Shown here in pieces: positions 38,855 to 47,714 of a DNA stretch of 64,000 bases (its first letter is position 1; the number at the start of each line of letters is the position of its first letter). This DNA is from a virus, in IMG/VR virus record IMGVR_UViG_3300036791_001907, positions 1 to 64,000 of that record. One strand, written 5' to 3'. A model generated the notes under the pieces. It saw only the letters and a program-made list of their open reading frames with translations. It did not search any database and was not told the DNA's origin. The position numbers and the translations under genes are program-made.

Positions 38855-39802
38855 ATGCCGACCGGGATCTGGAACTTAGAGTTTTTGAACCACAACTCGC
38901 AGCGGTCCTACCCGCTGGCCGAGGATGCCACCAAGACGGACCTGACGGGCACGTTCACGCTGCCTGACGACTTCATCGTCGAGCTTTACTTCCCCATCAA
39001 CGCCGGCAACGACGTCGACGCCGACCTGTTCTTCATCGCCTCGATCGCGGTCTTCGCAACCGGTTTCAATATCTCTATTGGTTACAATGACGGTTCCGCA
39101 AACCCGCCCATCGTTGCCTCGGCGATCATCAGCCAGACCACCTTCACGCCCAACCTGTCCTACGCGCTGCCCGGCGTCGAGCCGTTCGACGACTCGGTGG
39201 GCAAGATCGTCATCGGCCGGCTCGACTCGATCAACCTCCAGCCCTCCGGCCAGTTCTTCTTCAGCTACGAGGGGGGCAAGCTTGATAGCGACGCCATCCG
39301 GCCCCAGATCCGCGGCATCCAGTCGATCCGCGTCCTCAACAATGGCGAACTCAGCGACCGCCTGACGGGGCATGTGATCCTCTCGGCGGGCACCAACTTC
39401 CAGATCTCGGTCACCCAGGTAGCCGGCCAGCCTGCCCAGATCCGCTTCGATGCCGTCGACGGCGCCGGCCTGACCGAGAGCTGCGACTGCGAAGGTACGA
39501 TCAGCGGGCCGATCATGACGATCAACGGCCTGGCACCTGATATCAATGGTAACTTCGCCCTGGTCGGCAACCAGTGCCTCGATATCGAGCCGATCTCGAA
39601 CGGTCTTCAGCTCACCGACACCTGCTCGACGCCCTGTTGCGGCTGCACCGAGCTGGAGCAGATCACCCAGGAACTCCAGATCATCGGCAGCGGCGCGGCG
39701 ACCGTCGACAACTTCGTCCAGCAGCTTGCCGTCCAGATGAATACTTTTAGTCAAGTGATATTGGGTTCGCGCTTGAACGATCAGGGGTGCATGCAGTCCT
39801 AG
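38855..39802 (+). CDS. Cys-rich virion protein, paralog family member 1
   Basis: N..RSYPL N-terminal motif; TINGLAPDINGN; CSTPCCGC followed by a coiled coil. Confidence 0.65.
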   Translation: MPTGIWNLEFLNHNSQRSYPLAEDATKTDLTGTFTLPDDFIVELYFPINAGNDVDADLFFIASIAVFATGFNISIGYNDGSANPPIVASAIISQTTFTPNLSYALPGVEPFDDSVGKIVIGRLDSINLQPSGQFFFSYEGGKLDSDAIRPQIRGIQSIRVLNNGELSDRLTGHVILSAGTNFQISVTQVAGQPAQIRFDAVDGAGLTESCDCEGTISGPIMTINGLAPDINGNFALVGNQCLDIEPISNGLQLTDTCSTPCCGCTELEQITQELQIIGSGAATVDNFVQQLAVQMNTFSQVILGSRLNDQGCMQS

Positions 39803-39814
39803 AGGGCGACGCTG

Positions 39815-41152
39815 ATGTTGGTTCTCCCGACCGGCGGCATGGGTATCGGCGTCGAGGCCGAAGGGTCCAACTTTCCCTTCGTGGCTCCGAGCAGCGATAT
39901 CCAGGGTCTGCTTGCCGACCTCTGGGTGACGACCGATATCCCGTTCGCGCCGCCGCTGACCGTGACCCGGCTGGCGGGCTTCCAGGAAGCCTTCGATGGT
40001 TTGCCGTCGGCGGCCGGCATCACGATCACTGACGCCCAGAGCGCGACCGTCTTCGACTCGACCGGCGCGACCTACTGGTGGAAGGACTGGGGCGCCCGGC
40101 TGCGGATCCACGAGTGGCTCTTCGCGGGCTCGGTCTGCCGGGTCGTGCAGCACCGGGCCGTCCCCGCGGTCCGGGCGCCGTGGCCCGAGGAGATCGTGCC
40201 CGCCAGCGGCGTGCTCGACGAACGCACCTCGGAGCTGATGTCCCAGCGGCTGCTGGTCCTGAGCGAGGCGTCCAGCGGCGCGGCGGTCACGGGCGAGATC
40301 ACGCTGGCCGCCGGCTATAACATCGTGATCAGTGAAGCGCCCTATGCCGAGCCGCTGCGGAACACGACCATGCTGACCTTTAGCGCCATTCCCGGTAACG
40401 GTCTGGGCCGTGCCCCTGGTTGCCTGGCCCCCAGCAGCGCCATCCGCGCGATCAATGGCGTCAAGCCCGACGCACAGGGCAACTTCGCGCTCGCCGCCGG
40501 CCAGTGCTACTTTGTCCGGCAGCCGGTCAATGTCGTCGGCGCGCAGGGCGTGCCGATCGCGGCCACCCTGGACCTGGGCAACGACTGCGGGCCGTGCTGC
40601 GAATGCGACGACTTCGTCAATGTCCAGCAGGCCATCCTCAACATCGAAACACAGGTGCGGGGCACAGGGGCGCTGGCCGAGGCCACGCGTGATGAGATGA
40701 ACACGGGCATCGAACGATGGAACCAGCAGAAGGAATGTCGCGAAAGCCATGCGGTGTCGACGACGGCGGGCACCACGGCGCGGCTCTACGCCGACATCAA
40801 CATCCTGATCGGCAACCCGACGAACCAGTGCATGACCGAGCTCATGGTGAGCTTCACGGTCGTGACCCAGCCGGCGGGGCACTGGAGCGTGGTCCCGGGC
40901 ACGACCTACATCTCGGAGGCCAACTCGGCGGCGATGATCCCCTACCAGCTGGTCGGGCCCACTCCGAGCGGCGCCGCGGCCGCCCATCTCGACGCGATCA
41001 ATCCCGGATCCTCCGGCCGGGTGCGCACCCGGCTCGTCTGGGACTACCCGATGCCGCCGGGAACGATGCTCACCGTCACGGTGAAGGTCGACGGCCGGTC
41101 TGCCGGCAACCTGTTCCCGCAGTACGCCGCGTACACGACCATCATGACCTGA
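39815..41152 (+). CDS. Cys-rich virion protein, paralog family member 2
   Basis: SNFPF; AINGVKPDAQGN; CGPCCEC followed by a coiled coil. Confidence 0.65.
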   Translation: MLVLPTGGMGIGVEAEGSNFPFVAPSSDIQGLLADLWVTTDIPFAPPLTVTRLAGFQEAFDGLPSAAGITITDAQSATVFDSTGATYWWKDWGARLRIHEWLFAGSVCRVVQHRAVPAVRAPWPEEIVPASGVLDERTSELMSQRLLVLSEASSGAAVTGEITLAAGYNIVISEAPYAEPLRNTTMLTFSAIPGNGLGRAPGCLAPSSAIRAINGVKPDAQGNFALAAGQCYFVRQPVNVVGAQGVPIAATLDLGNDCGPCCECDDFVNVQQAILNIETQVRGTGALAEATRDEMNTGIERWNQQKECRESHAVSTTAGTTARLYADINILIGNPTNQCMTELMVSFTVVTQPAGHWSVVPGTTYISEANSAAMIPYQLVGPTPSGAAAAHLDAINPGSSGRVRTRLVWDYPMPPGTMLTVTVKVDGRSAGNLFPQYAAYTTIMT

Positions 41153-41164
41153 GCGAGGAATTCC

Positions 41165-42895
41165 GTGGGTGCCATCAGCCAGGACTGGTACGCCGGTAAC
41201 GCGACCCGCGCCTACCCGCTCGACGACGCCGCGACGGCGCGCGACGACGCTGGTCTGGAGCTGCCGCCACAGATCCTGGTCGACTGTCGCGTTCGCTTCC
41301 CGCTCGACCTGGGGCAATTCGCCTACCTGGGGGGCGTGACCGTCGGGCCTGCCATTGTGACCGCCATCTTGATGGCCGCCCCGGACTCAGTCCGGCCACC
41401 GGCGGACGTGCCCCCCTACGGCACGCCCCTCCAGCCCCTGGGGGCCGTCTCGCTGCCGCGGCCGGTCGTACCCAACCGCCATTACCCGATCCAGCCGCTG
41501 GCCGACGGCGTCGGCGGCTGGATCGTGTTCGGCCGCGGGATCGATGAGTTCTACTCGGGCCGGTTCTCGACGCCGGCCCAGTCGCTGCTCCTGCCCCGGG
41601 TCGCCTCGGCCTATCATCCCCTGCCCATTCCCACCCTGGGCAAGCTGGGGCTGGCCGATGCGCTGACCGGCGTGGTCCAGCTTCTGGGCGGCACCGATCT
41701 GGAGGTCGTGCAGGACCTGCGCACCATCAATGGCGCCGAGGTTAGCGCCGTCATCATGCGGTTGACCGACAGCCTGAACCGCAACGTCTACCAGTTCTAC
41801 ACGGGTCCCTGCGACGGCCGCCCCGAGAGCCAGAGCTGCGGCACGCCGGTGCTTGAGTCGATCAACTCGGTTTCCCCCGACTGCAATGGGAACCTGACCA
41901 TTGACTTCAGAGGTGTGGATATCTATCCGTTCGAGGGGGGCGGCGGCCTCGCCCTGGATCTGGCGCTGGGCCTGGCCGATGTCTGTACCGGGCAAGACTA
42001 CTTGCCCGATGACACCGGCAAGCTCCCCAGCGACTACACGGGCGACTGCGCGCCGCCCGAACCACCCGTATCACCCACACCCACACCCACACCAACGCCG
42101 CCATTGCCGAGCGGCTGCACGGCGCTGCCCTTCTACGACAGCTTCGATGAGCCGGTCCTGTCCAATGCCTGGGTCATCTCCAACGGCGCCTTCGGCTTCG
42201 AGGCCGATGACTCGCCGGGCGAGCCCTTCGGTCTGATGGCACCGGGCACGGGCGCGCCGCTGCCCGGCCATCCTCCTGGTATTCCGGGGCTGCCCCCCTT
42301 GCACCGGGCGCAGGCGATCGCAGCCCTGGGCGGCACCCCGATCAACCAGTGCTATTCCGCGACCAGCCAGTCGCAGCGCAACGTGGTGGCATGGGACTGC
42401 GACTATGACTACCGGACGACGGACCTGACCTGCCTGACCCATCTCAAGCTGATGCCCGGGCCCCAGATCAATGGCGGCATCGTGTTCAACTACAACGGGA
42501 GCGACTCTCGCTCGGGCGGCCGGCCGACCTACAACATCGCCTCGGTCAACCCGGTCAGCGGCTACCTGGAGATCGACGCCTACACCGGTTACTCCATGCT
42601 GCCGCTGGTCATCGGGTGGTCATTCGCCGCCTACAATATCCCGCTTCCCCGCGCCGGCGACTGGTACGCGCTCCAGATCCGCACCCGGCCCGCTCCGATC
42701 GCCGGCTGGGCCTCGCGGATGCTGATCGACCTGACGCTCAGCGGGGTCTCGGACCCGCATTTCCCGGTGATGAGCATCCCCAACCAGCCCATCGGCGGTA
42801 ACACCGCGTCCCCCGCGCCCAGCAAGTTTGGCCTCGGTGCATACAACGCCTACACCCGGTTCAGCTTCTTCTCCCTGGAGGTGACCCCGCCATGA
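41165..42895 (+). CDS. Virion protein, paralog family member 3, with C-terminal lectin-like beta-sandwich
   Basis: NATRAYPL; SINSVSPDCNGN; PT-repeat linker, then a concanavalin-like domain (FYDSFDE...GDWYALQI...FGLG). Confidence 0.65.
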   Translation: MGAISQDWYAGNATRAYPLDDAATARDDAGLELPPQILVDCRVRFPLDLGQFAYLGGVTVGPAIVTAILMAAPDSVRPPADVPPYGTPLQPLGAVSLPRPVVPNRHYPIQPLADGVGGWIVFGRGIDEFYSGRFSTPAQSLLLPRVASAYHPLPIPTLGKLGLADALTGVVQLLGGTDLEVVQDLRTINGAEVSAVIMRLTDSLNRNVYQFYTGPCDGRPESQSCGTPVLESINSVSPDCNGNLTIDFRGVDIYPFEGGGGLALDLALGLADVCTGQDYLPDDTGKLPSDYTGDCAPPEPPVSPTPTPTPTPPLPSGCTALPFYDSFDEPVLSNAWVISNGAFGFEADDSPGEPFGLMAPGTGAPLPGHPPGIPGLPPLHRAQAIAALGGTPINQCYSATSQSQRNVVAWDCDYDYRTTDLTCLTHLKLMPGPQINGGIVFNYNGSDSRSGGRPTYNIASVNPVSGYLEIDAYTGYSMLPLVIGWSFAAYNIPLPRAGDWYALQIRTRPAPIAGWASRMLIDLTLSGVSDPHFPVMSIPNQPIGGNTASPAPSKFGLGAYNAYTRFSFFSLEVTPP

Positions 42896-43653
42896 GGATC
42901 ACCTATCCGGAATTCCGCAGCGAGAACCTGGACTCGCGCTACCCGTTCGCCGACACGGCCACGCTCCTCTCCCGCGACAAGCTCGCCATCGATCCGGCGA
43001 TGCTCATCGACGCCGTGGTTTACCCCATTGGCGCCGCGGCGCGGCTCTACATTTCGACGATCGAGGTCTCGAACCGCCTGGTCACGATCTGGATCGGCGA
43101 CTCCACCCAGCCCCAGCTCGCGTCAGGGTCCTTTGACCCGCTGGCGCCGCTGGCCACGATCGTCCTGACGGATCCCTACGGCCGGCCGGCCGGCATGTTT
43201 GTCACTGATCCCATTCTTCTGGCCTCGGCCCAGGCGTGGCCGTCCGGCGCGCATACCTTCGATATCGGCAGCACCGAGTTCGCCGCCAGCTGCACGATCG
43301 CCACGCCGGAAGCCGGTGTCCGGGGTCTGATCACGGCGCAGGGCCCGCTGGCGGCCGGCGACGTCTGGCTGGTCGGCGAGGGGGGGATCATGATCAGCCT
43401 GGACGAGGATGGCTCGATCCGGGTCGACGTGGTGGGCGACCCGCTCTTCGCGCGCCGGCTCTGCACCCCGGTGAACCTGTTCGCCGCGCCCCGGTTCGTG
43501 CAGACGATCAATGGCGTGCCCCCCGGTCCCGACGGCGACTTCCAGATCGCCGTGGCGACCGCGAGCGCCGCCGATACGGTCCTGCGGATCATTCCCCAGC
43601 CCCCCGATACGCTGCGTATTGGCCTGGTGGGCCGGTCGGTCCAGGGAGGTTAG
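42892..43653 (+). CDS. Virion protein, paralog family member 4
   Basis: NLDSRYPF; TINGVPPGPDGD. Confidence 0.65.
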   Translation: MRITYPEFRSENLDSRYPFADTATLLSRDKLAIDPAMLIDAVVYPIGAAARLYISTIEVSNRLVTIWIGDSTQPQLASGSFDPLAPLATIVLTDPYGRPAGMFVTDPILLASAQAWPSGAHTFDIGSTEFAASCTIATPEAGVRGLITAQGPLAAGDVWLVGEGGIMISLDEDGSIRVDVVGDPLFARRLCTPVNLFAAPRFVQTINGVPPGPDGDFQIAVATASAADTVLRIIPQPPDTLRIGLVGRSVQGG

Positions 43654-43655
43654 CC

Positions 43656-44630
43656 ATGGCGCTGCCGGGGTTCTACAACGAGAACGAGGGACGGGCCTAC
43701 CCGCTGGTGCCCTTCTCCAGCGTGACGCTGGGCCCGGATGATCCCAGCCCGCCGGTCCGGATCTCACTCCCCCTGGATACCCTGATCGACTTCGGCTGCC
43801 TGGTCGGCCTCGACGCCGAGTTCGACGATGCCCGGCACGTCATCTACCTGCACGAGGTCAGGCGTACAGGCAGCCAGTTCGCATTCGACTTCCGCTCAAA
43901 TGCCCCAGGTCTCCTGGACTACGCACTCATATTCACCCGGGACGTGGCCGACGGCGAGTATGCGACCGGCTACGCCGAGGCCACACCGCTAACCGGCCCC
44001 ACGGACGCCCAGGGGCCGCTCTGGGAGGGTTTCCTGGTCACCGGGACCATGGACAGCCTCGATGTCGTGCTGCCCTGGGACGGGGCCTTGACGGCCTCCA
44101 CCGGTGCGCAGGTCGAACCGGCCCTCGTCCAGAACCTGGGTCTCAGCTACCTCCGGACGATCAACCTGGCCAACCAGGACCGCACGCATGCATTGCCACC
44201 CCCCGGCTGTCCCGGCGACACGACCACCGACGACTACGCCTACATCGTCAACGCCACCGGCCTGGCGGGCGACCTCCGGTTCAAGGAAGGCTACAACCTG
44301 TCGATCCGGCAGACGGCCCGGACCAACTCCCTGGCCTTCTCGGCGATCCAGGGCGCCGGCGCCGGCGCGCAGTGCGGGGAAGTGCCGCTCTATGCCGGCG
44401 AGCAGCCCCCCGCGGGCAGCACCCTGCTGACGGGCGGCCCATCCTGCGACGAGGTCGTGACCAGCGTCAACGGCCTGACAGCCAGTACGATCCAGCTGGT
44501 CCCCGATCTGGGCACGCAGATCATCCCGTCGCCCGATGACCCGAACACGTTGATCGTCGACTTCGACCGCAACAACATGACGGTCTGCGGTCCCATCGTG
44601 ACGATCGTCGAGGACCTGGGCGATGGCTGA
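43656..44630 (+). CDS. Virion protein, paralog family member 5
   Basis: SD GGAGG before ATG 43656; NEGRAYPL; SVNGL. Confidence 0.65.
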   Translation: MALPGFYNENEGRAYPLVPFSSVTLGPDDPSPPVRISLPLDTLIDFGCLVGLDAEFDDARHVIYLHEVRRTGSQFAFDFRSNAPGLLDYALIFTRDVADGEYATGYAEATPLTGPTDAQGPLWEGFLVTGTMDSLDVVLPWDGALTASTGAQVEPALVQNLGLSYLRTINLANQDRTHALPPPGCPGDTTTDDYAYIVNATGLAGDLRFKEGYNLSIRQTARTNSLAFSAIQGAGAGAQCGEVPLYAGEQPPAGSTLLTGGPSCDEVVTSVNGLTASTIQLVPDLGTQIIPSPDDPNTLIVDFDRNNMTVCGPIVTIVEDLGDG

Positions 44631-45690
44631 TCTACCAGATCCCATCTTCGATCCCGCGAAGTGCCCGGTACCGCCCCTGGCGCCGGTCAGCACCGAGCCG
44701 TTCATCAACGACTGCACGGTGCCCGACGCGCCGGATCCGATCTTCGACTTCCCGCCGGTGATCGATATCCCGATCATCGGCCCCAGCGGTCTCCAGGGGA
44801 TGCTCGGCATTCAGGGTCCGTCCGGCCTGCAAGGTCCACAGGGACCACAGGGTCCGCAGGGACCACAGGGACCACAGGGCATCCAGGGGCCGCAGGGACT
44901 GCAAAGTCCCGAGGGACCCGCCGGTCCCATGGGACCGCAGGGTTTCCCCGGTCCCGAGGGACCAGAAGGGCCGGAGGGGCCAGAGGGTCCTGAAGGGCCA
45001 GAGGGTCCTGAAGGGCCAGAAGGGGCGGCGGGACCGGACGGATCGCCGGGACCGTCGGGACCACCAGGGGCGCAGGGGCAGCAGGGGCAGCAGGGCGCCA
45101 AGGGAGCGTCTGGGCCCCAGGGAACCCAGGGAAACAGTGGTAACCGAGGCCCGCAAGGGTTGCAGGGGAATACCGGCAACTCGGGCCCGCAGGGAACGCA
45201 GGGGAACCAGGGAAATACCGGGTCGACGGGGAACCAGGGCCCGCAGGGGAACAAGGGCCCGGACGGCTCCCAGGGGGACAAGTACGCCATCGTGCCCCTG
45301 CACGGCGGCAAGGATGACTACGTTGGCCTGTTCTGCGCCGAGATGCCCGAGTCGCGGTTCTTCGATCTCTACGACGTCAGCAACATCGATGAGGGAAGCC
45401 ACCTGGTCTGCCGGCTTGATCACCGGTTCATCGACGTCTGCGTGCCGGGCTCGATCGTGCCGGTCTCGGTGGCGCCCAACCGGCCCTGCCAGGTCGGCGT
45501 CGCGGTCAAGGACGGCGGCATCTGGATGGACATCGTCGCCAGTACGCACGGCGTGCCGACCCGCCTGACCGTGACCGTCTCGGGCATCCGCCGCGGCAAG
45601 AAGGGAGACCGGTTCCCGGCCTTCAAGGCCGATACGGCGCAGCGGAACCGGGCATTCTGGTCCCAGGCTTACGAGCCCGGAACGGACTAA
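44623..45690 (+). CDS. Collagen-like fibre protein with C-terminal tail-fibre domain
   Basis: About 55 Gly-X-Y triplets (44779-45279; GPQ, GPE, GNQ). The C-terminal [13 protein letters not shown]...RFIDV...SGIRRG resembles the terminal domain of phage fibres. Confidence 0.8.
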   Translation: MADLPDPIFDPAKCPVPPLAPVSTEPFINDCTVPDAPDPIFDFPPVIDIPIIGPSGLQGMLGIQGPSGLQGPQGPQGPQGPQGPQGIQGPQGLQSPEGPAGPMGPQGFPGPEGPEGPEGPEGPEGPEGPEGPEGAAGPDGSPGPSGPPGAQGQQGQQGAKGASGPQGTQGNSGNRGPQGLQGNTGNSGPQGTQGNQGNTGSTGNQGPQGNKGPDGSQGDKYAIVPLHGGKDDYVGLFCAEMPESRFFDLYDVSNIDEGSHLVCRLDHRFIDVCVPGSIVPVSVAPNRPCQVGVAVKDGGIWMDIVASTHGVPTRLTVTVSGIRRGKKGDRFPAFKADTAQRNRAFWSQAYEPGTD

Positions 45691-45721
45691 ACATCCGCCT
45701 GAAAACCTGTCATCTATGGTG
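45687..45721 (+). promoter_or_regulatory. Candidate promoter CTAAA-N17-GTCATCTATGGTG
   Basis: Begins at the collagen gene's stop codon and runs into an AT-richer gap; the same bipartite motif recurs at 47062. Confidence 0.4.
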
Positions 45722-45779
45722 AGGCCGTCCCTGGTGTGGGGCCGACCCGGTTCGCCGCCCCGATAAGGACTCTGATCCG

Positions 45780-46106
45780 ATGAAGAAGCCATCCAAGATG
45801 ATCGACCCCAAGGTGCTCAAGGTCGACATGCTGGAACTGCTCGCCAAGGCCAAGAAGAAGGGGCTGACGGTCGATGAGGCCGCCGCCCTGCTGCTCGGCC
45901 AGGAGACGTACGCGCACTACATCAAGGACAAGAAGTACGTCCATGAATGGGCCCAGTCGATGCTCCAGAAGCTCGCCAAGGAGCAGCTGGCCATCCTCAA
46001 GGACGACCGTTACGTCCTGGTGCCGACGCCGATCTTGCAGGACACGCCGCCGGCGCCGGAAGAGTATCTGCCGTCCGAGGTCGTCAAGCGCGGCAAGCAA
46101 AAGTGA
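45780..46106 (+). CDS. Lys-rich hypothetical protein
   Basis: SD TAAGGA; strong codon bias; downstream of the candidate promoter. Confidence 0.65.
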   Translation: MKKPSKMIDPKVLKVDMLELLAKAKKKGLTVDEAAALLLGQETYAHYIKDKKYVHEWAQSMLQKLAKEQLAILKDDRYVLVPTPILQDTPPAPEEYLPSEVVKRGKQK

Positions 46107-46176
46107 TCGAAGGGTCGCCCCGCGTGGGGACGTCCGCTATGCTAGGCGGAACGCACTGGGGTCAGGAGGACACGCG

Positions 46177-46662
46177 ATGGCCACGACGTCTACGGTCCAG
46201 CAGTTCGGGGACGCCATGGTCGTCGCGGTCGGCGGCCTGTCGATCACGGTGTTGCCCACATTCCAGCAGGGGTATGTGCCCAACGTGGTCGACGGCTTCC
46301 GGTTTACCATCCAGATCACCGGCGCGACCCAGATGCCGACCAAGATCTTCCGCTACCGGCTGGTGCCAACCAAGATCCAGCCTGCGGTCAACCAGCCGCC
46401 TACTGCCATTGAGTACCTGGGCACGCTCGACGGCGTGTGCAGCCCAGCTGACCTGGAAGACTTCCCCGAGGACTGGCCAGTCCAGAATGCGAGACCACCA
46501 TGGTACCGGCTCGACTACGTCGACCTGATCGTCCGCAGCCGCTCGATCGCCGACCAGGCGTACCAGGCCATCCTGTTCGAGGTGCAATCGCTGGTCGATA
46601 CCCTCTACCTCATGAACCAGCAGGTCGCGGCGCCGCCGGTCACCATCACGCCGGGGGGTTGA
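46177..46662 (+). CDS. Hypothetical (probably virion) protein
   Basis: SD AGGAGG before ATG 46177; DGVCSPADLEDFPE motif. Confidence 0.65.
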   Translation: MATTSTVQQFGDAMVVAVGGLSITVLPTFQQGYVPNVVDGFRFTIQITGATQMPTKIFRYRLVPTKIQPAVNQPPTAIEYLGTLDGVCSPADLEDFPEDWPVQNARPPWYRLDYVDLIVRSRSIADQAYQAILFEVQSLVDTLYLMNQQVAAPPVTITPGG

Positions 46663-46664
46663 AC

Positions 46665-46985
46665 ATGCTGCCGGATCAGCCCCGCGGCCCCGCGCACAAC
46701 CTGGTCGTGATCGAGAACCATCTGATCGACTCGCTGGCGGCCAACGACATGTTCCGCCGCGAGTTCCCCTACCTGGCCGCGCTGGTGCGGCCCAAGACGG
46801 GCCAGGGCTGCCGCCGCTGCCCCAAGAAGCAGCGGGCCACCCTGGCCGAGTACCGCACGTTCAAGGATAACCTGGCGGCGCTCCAGCCCGAGGAGAAGAT
46901 CCGCTTCAAGCAGTTCCTGAACGCGAAGCAGGTCCGGGTCGTGCACGTCAACGCGGCCAACCGGATCACCAACCGGATCTTCTGA
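46665..46985 (+). CDS. Hypothetical protein with CxxC
   Basis: ATG 2 nt after the upstream stop; GCRRC; good codon bias. Confidence 0.6.
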   Translation: MLPDQPRGPAHNLVVIENHLIDSLAANDMFRREFPYLAALVRPKTGQGCRRCPKKQRATLAEYRTFKDNLAALQPEEKIRFKQFLNAKQVRVVHVNAANRITNRIF

Positions 46986-47012
46986 TCCGGGATCATTGAT
47001 AGCAACCGATGA

Positions 47013-47058
47013 ATGCGGCCTGAGGTGGGAAAACCCGCCCCAGGCCGCATGCGTTTTT
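47013..47058 (+). terminator. Rho-independent terminator ending the structural module
   Basis: ATGCGGCCTG...CAGGCCGCAT stem with inner GGTGGG/CCCGCC, followed by GCGTTTTT. Confidence 0.7.
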
Positions 47059-47061
47059 CAC

Positions 47062-47096
47062 CTAAACTTTGATCACTTTCCGGTCATATATCAGTG
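47062..47096 (+). promoter_or_regulatory. Candidate promoter CTAAA-N16-GTCATATATCAGTG
   Basis: Immediately after the terminator at the module boundary; matches the motif at 45687. Confidence 0.45.
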
Positions 47097-47162
47097 GACC
47101 AGCCTAGTGGCTGGATCTGCTGGCTTCATGTGAAGCCGGTGACGACAACAGGAGATCCGGCA

Positions 47163-47462
47163 ATGAAGGGACGTTTTCCGGATGTCAACCTGGCGGCCCA
47201 CTTCCTCGGCCTGGTGCCGCGGAACTCCCGTCGCCTCTGTGTTCACTGCGATGAGCTGGATGGGGAATGCCGCGTCTTGCTACCAAGAAGGCGCCGGCGT
47301 GACCTCGTCAAGCGGCTCTGCGCGCCGTGCGCGCGCCAGGTCCTGGGCTACGACCCGCTCGCGGTGACGGACAGCCAGGATGAGCTGGTGCTATGCGAAT
47401 ACATCGCGGTCTGCCTTCTCGACCGGCTCCCTGACCGGCGGACCGTGGCGTACCGCGCCTGA
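47163..47462 (+). CDS. Small zinc-finger protein
   Basis: SD AGGAG; CVHC...CAPC. Confidence 0.55.
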   Translation: MKGRFPDVNLAAHFLGLVPRNSRRLCVHCDELDGECRVLLPRRRRRDLVKRLCAPCARQVLGYDPLAVTDSQDELVLCEYIAVCLLDRLPDRRTVAYRA

Positions 47463-47471
47463 GCGGCGCAG

Positions 47472-47684
47472 TGGGCCGGCCAATGATCCTCCATCTTCCG
47501 CCGCATGACGGGGAGGATCATCGACTATGGCCGGCCCATCCCAGTCACCTCGACCATCTGAGTCAGTCCCGTCCACGGGGGCTGCCGCTGGCTCCTTCTT
47601 CTTCCCTTTTGGTCGAGGTGGGGGAGAAGGCAGTCGCAGTAGGCGGCGGCCCCGTGTGTTTCTGACCTCGACCAACCTCGACCG
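47472..47684 (+). ncRNA. Candidate structured RNA or leader (two long hairpins plus pseudoknot potential)
   Basis: Stems at 47472-47538 and 47574-47656; loop TGGTCGAGGT is complementary to ACCTCGACC at 47547, 47665 and 47675. Confidence 0.4.
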
Positions 47685-47714
47685 TTTCGTTCTTTCACCT
47701 GGAGAATTCCTACC

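Noticed and set aside
10607-41317. Long minus-strand ORFs (10607-14056, 19001-20809, 23183-26083, 28885-30576, 38876-41317 and others)
   Set aside because: Antisense shadows of high-GC3 plus-strand genes; they have no motifs and fully overlap well-supported genes.
12974-45690. Bacterial extracellular contractile injection system or T6SS
   Set aside because: Neck-like genes, a long tape measure, a homing-type nuclease and a run of phage-type small early genes with no host housekeeping genes point to a phage. Capsid, portal and terminase are presumably outside the window.
44632-45792. Minus-strand and alternative-frame repetitive ORFs over the collagen gene
   Set aside because: Artefacts of the Gly-X-Y codon repeat.
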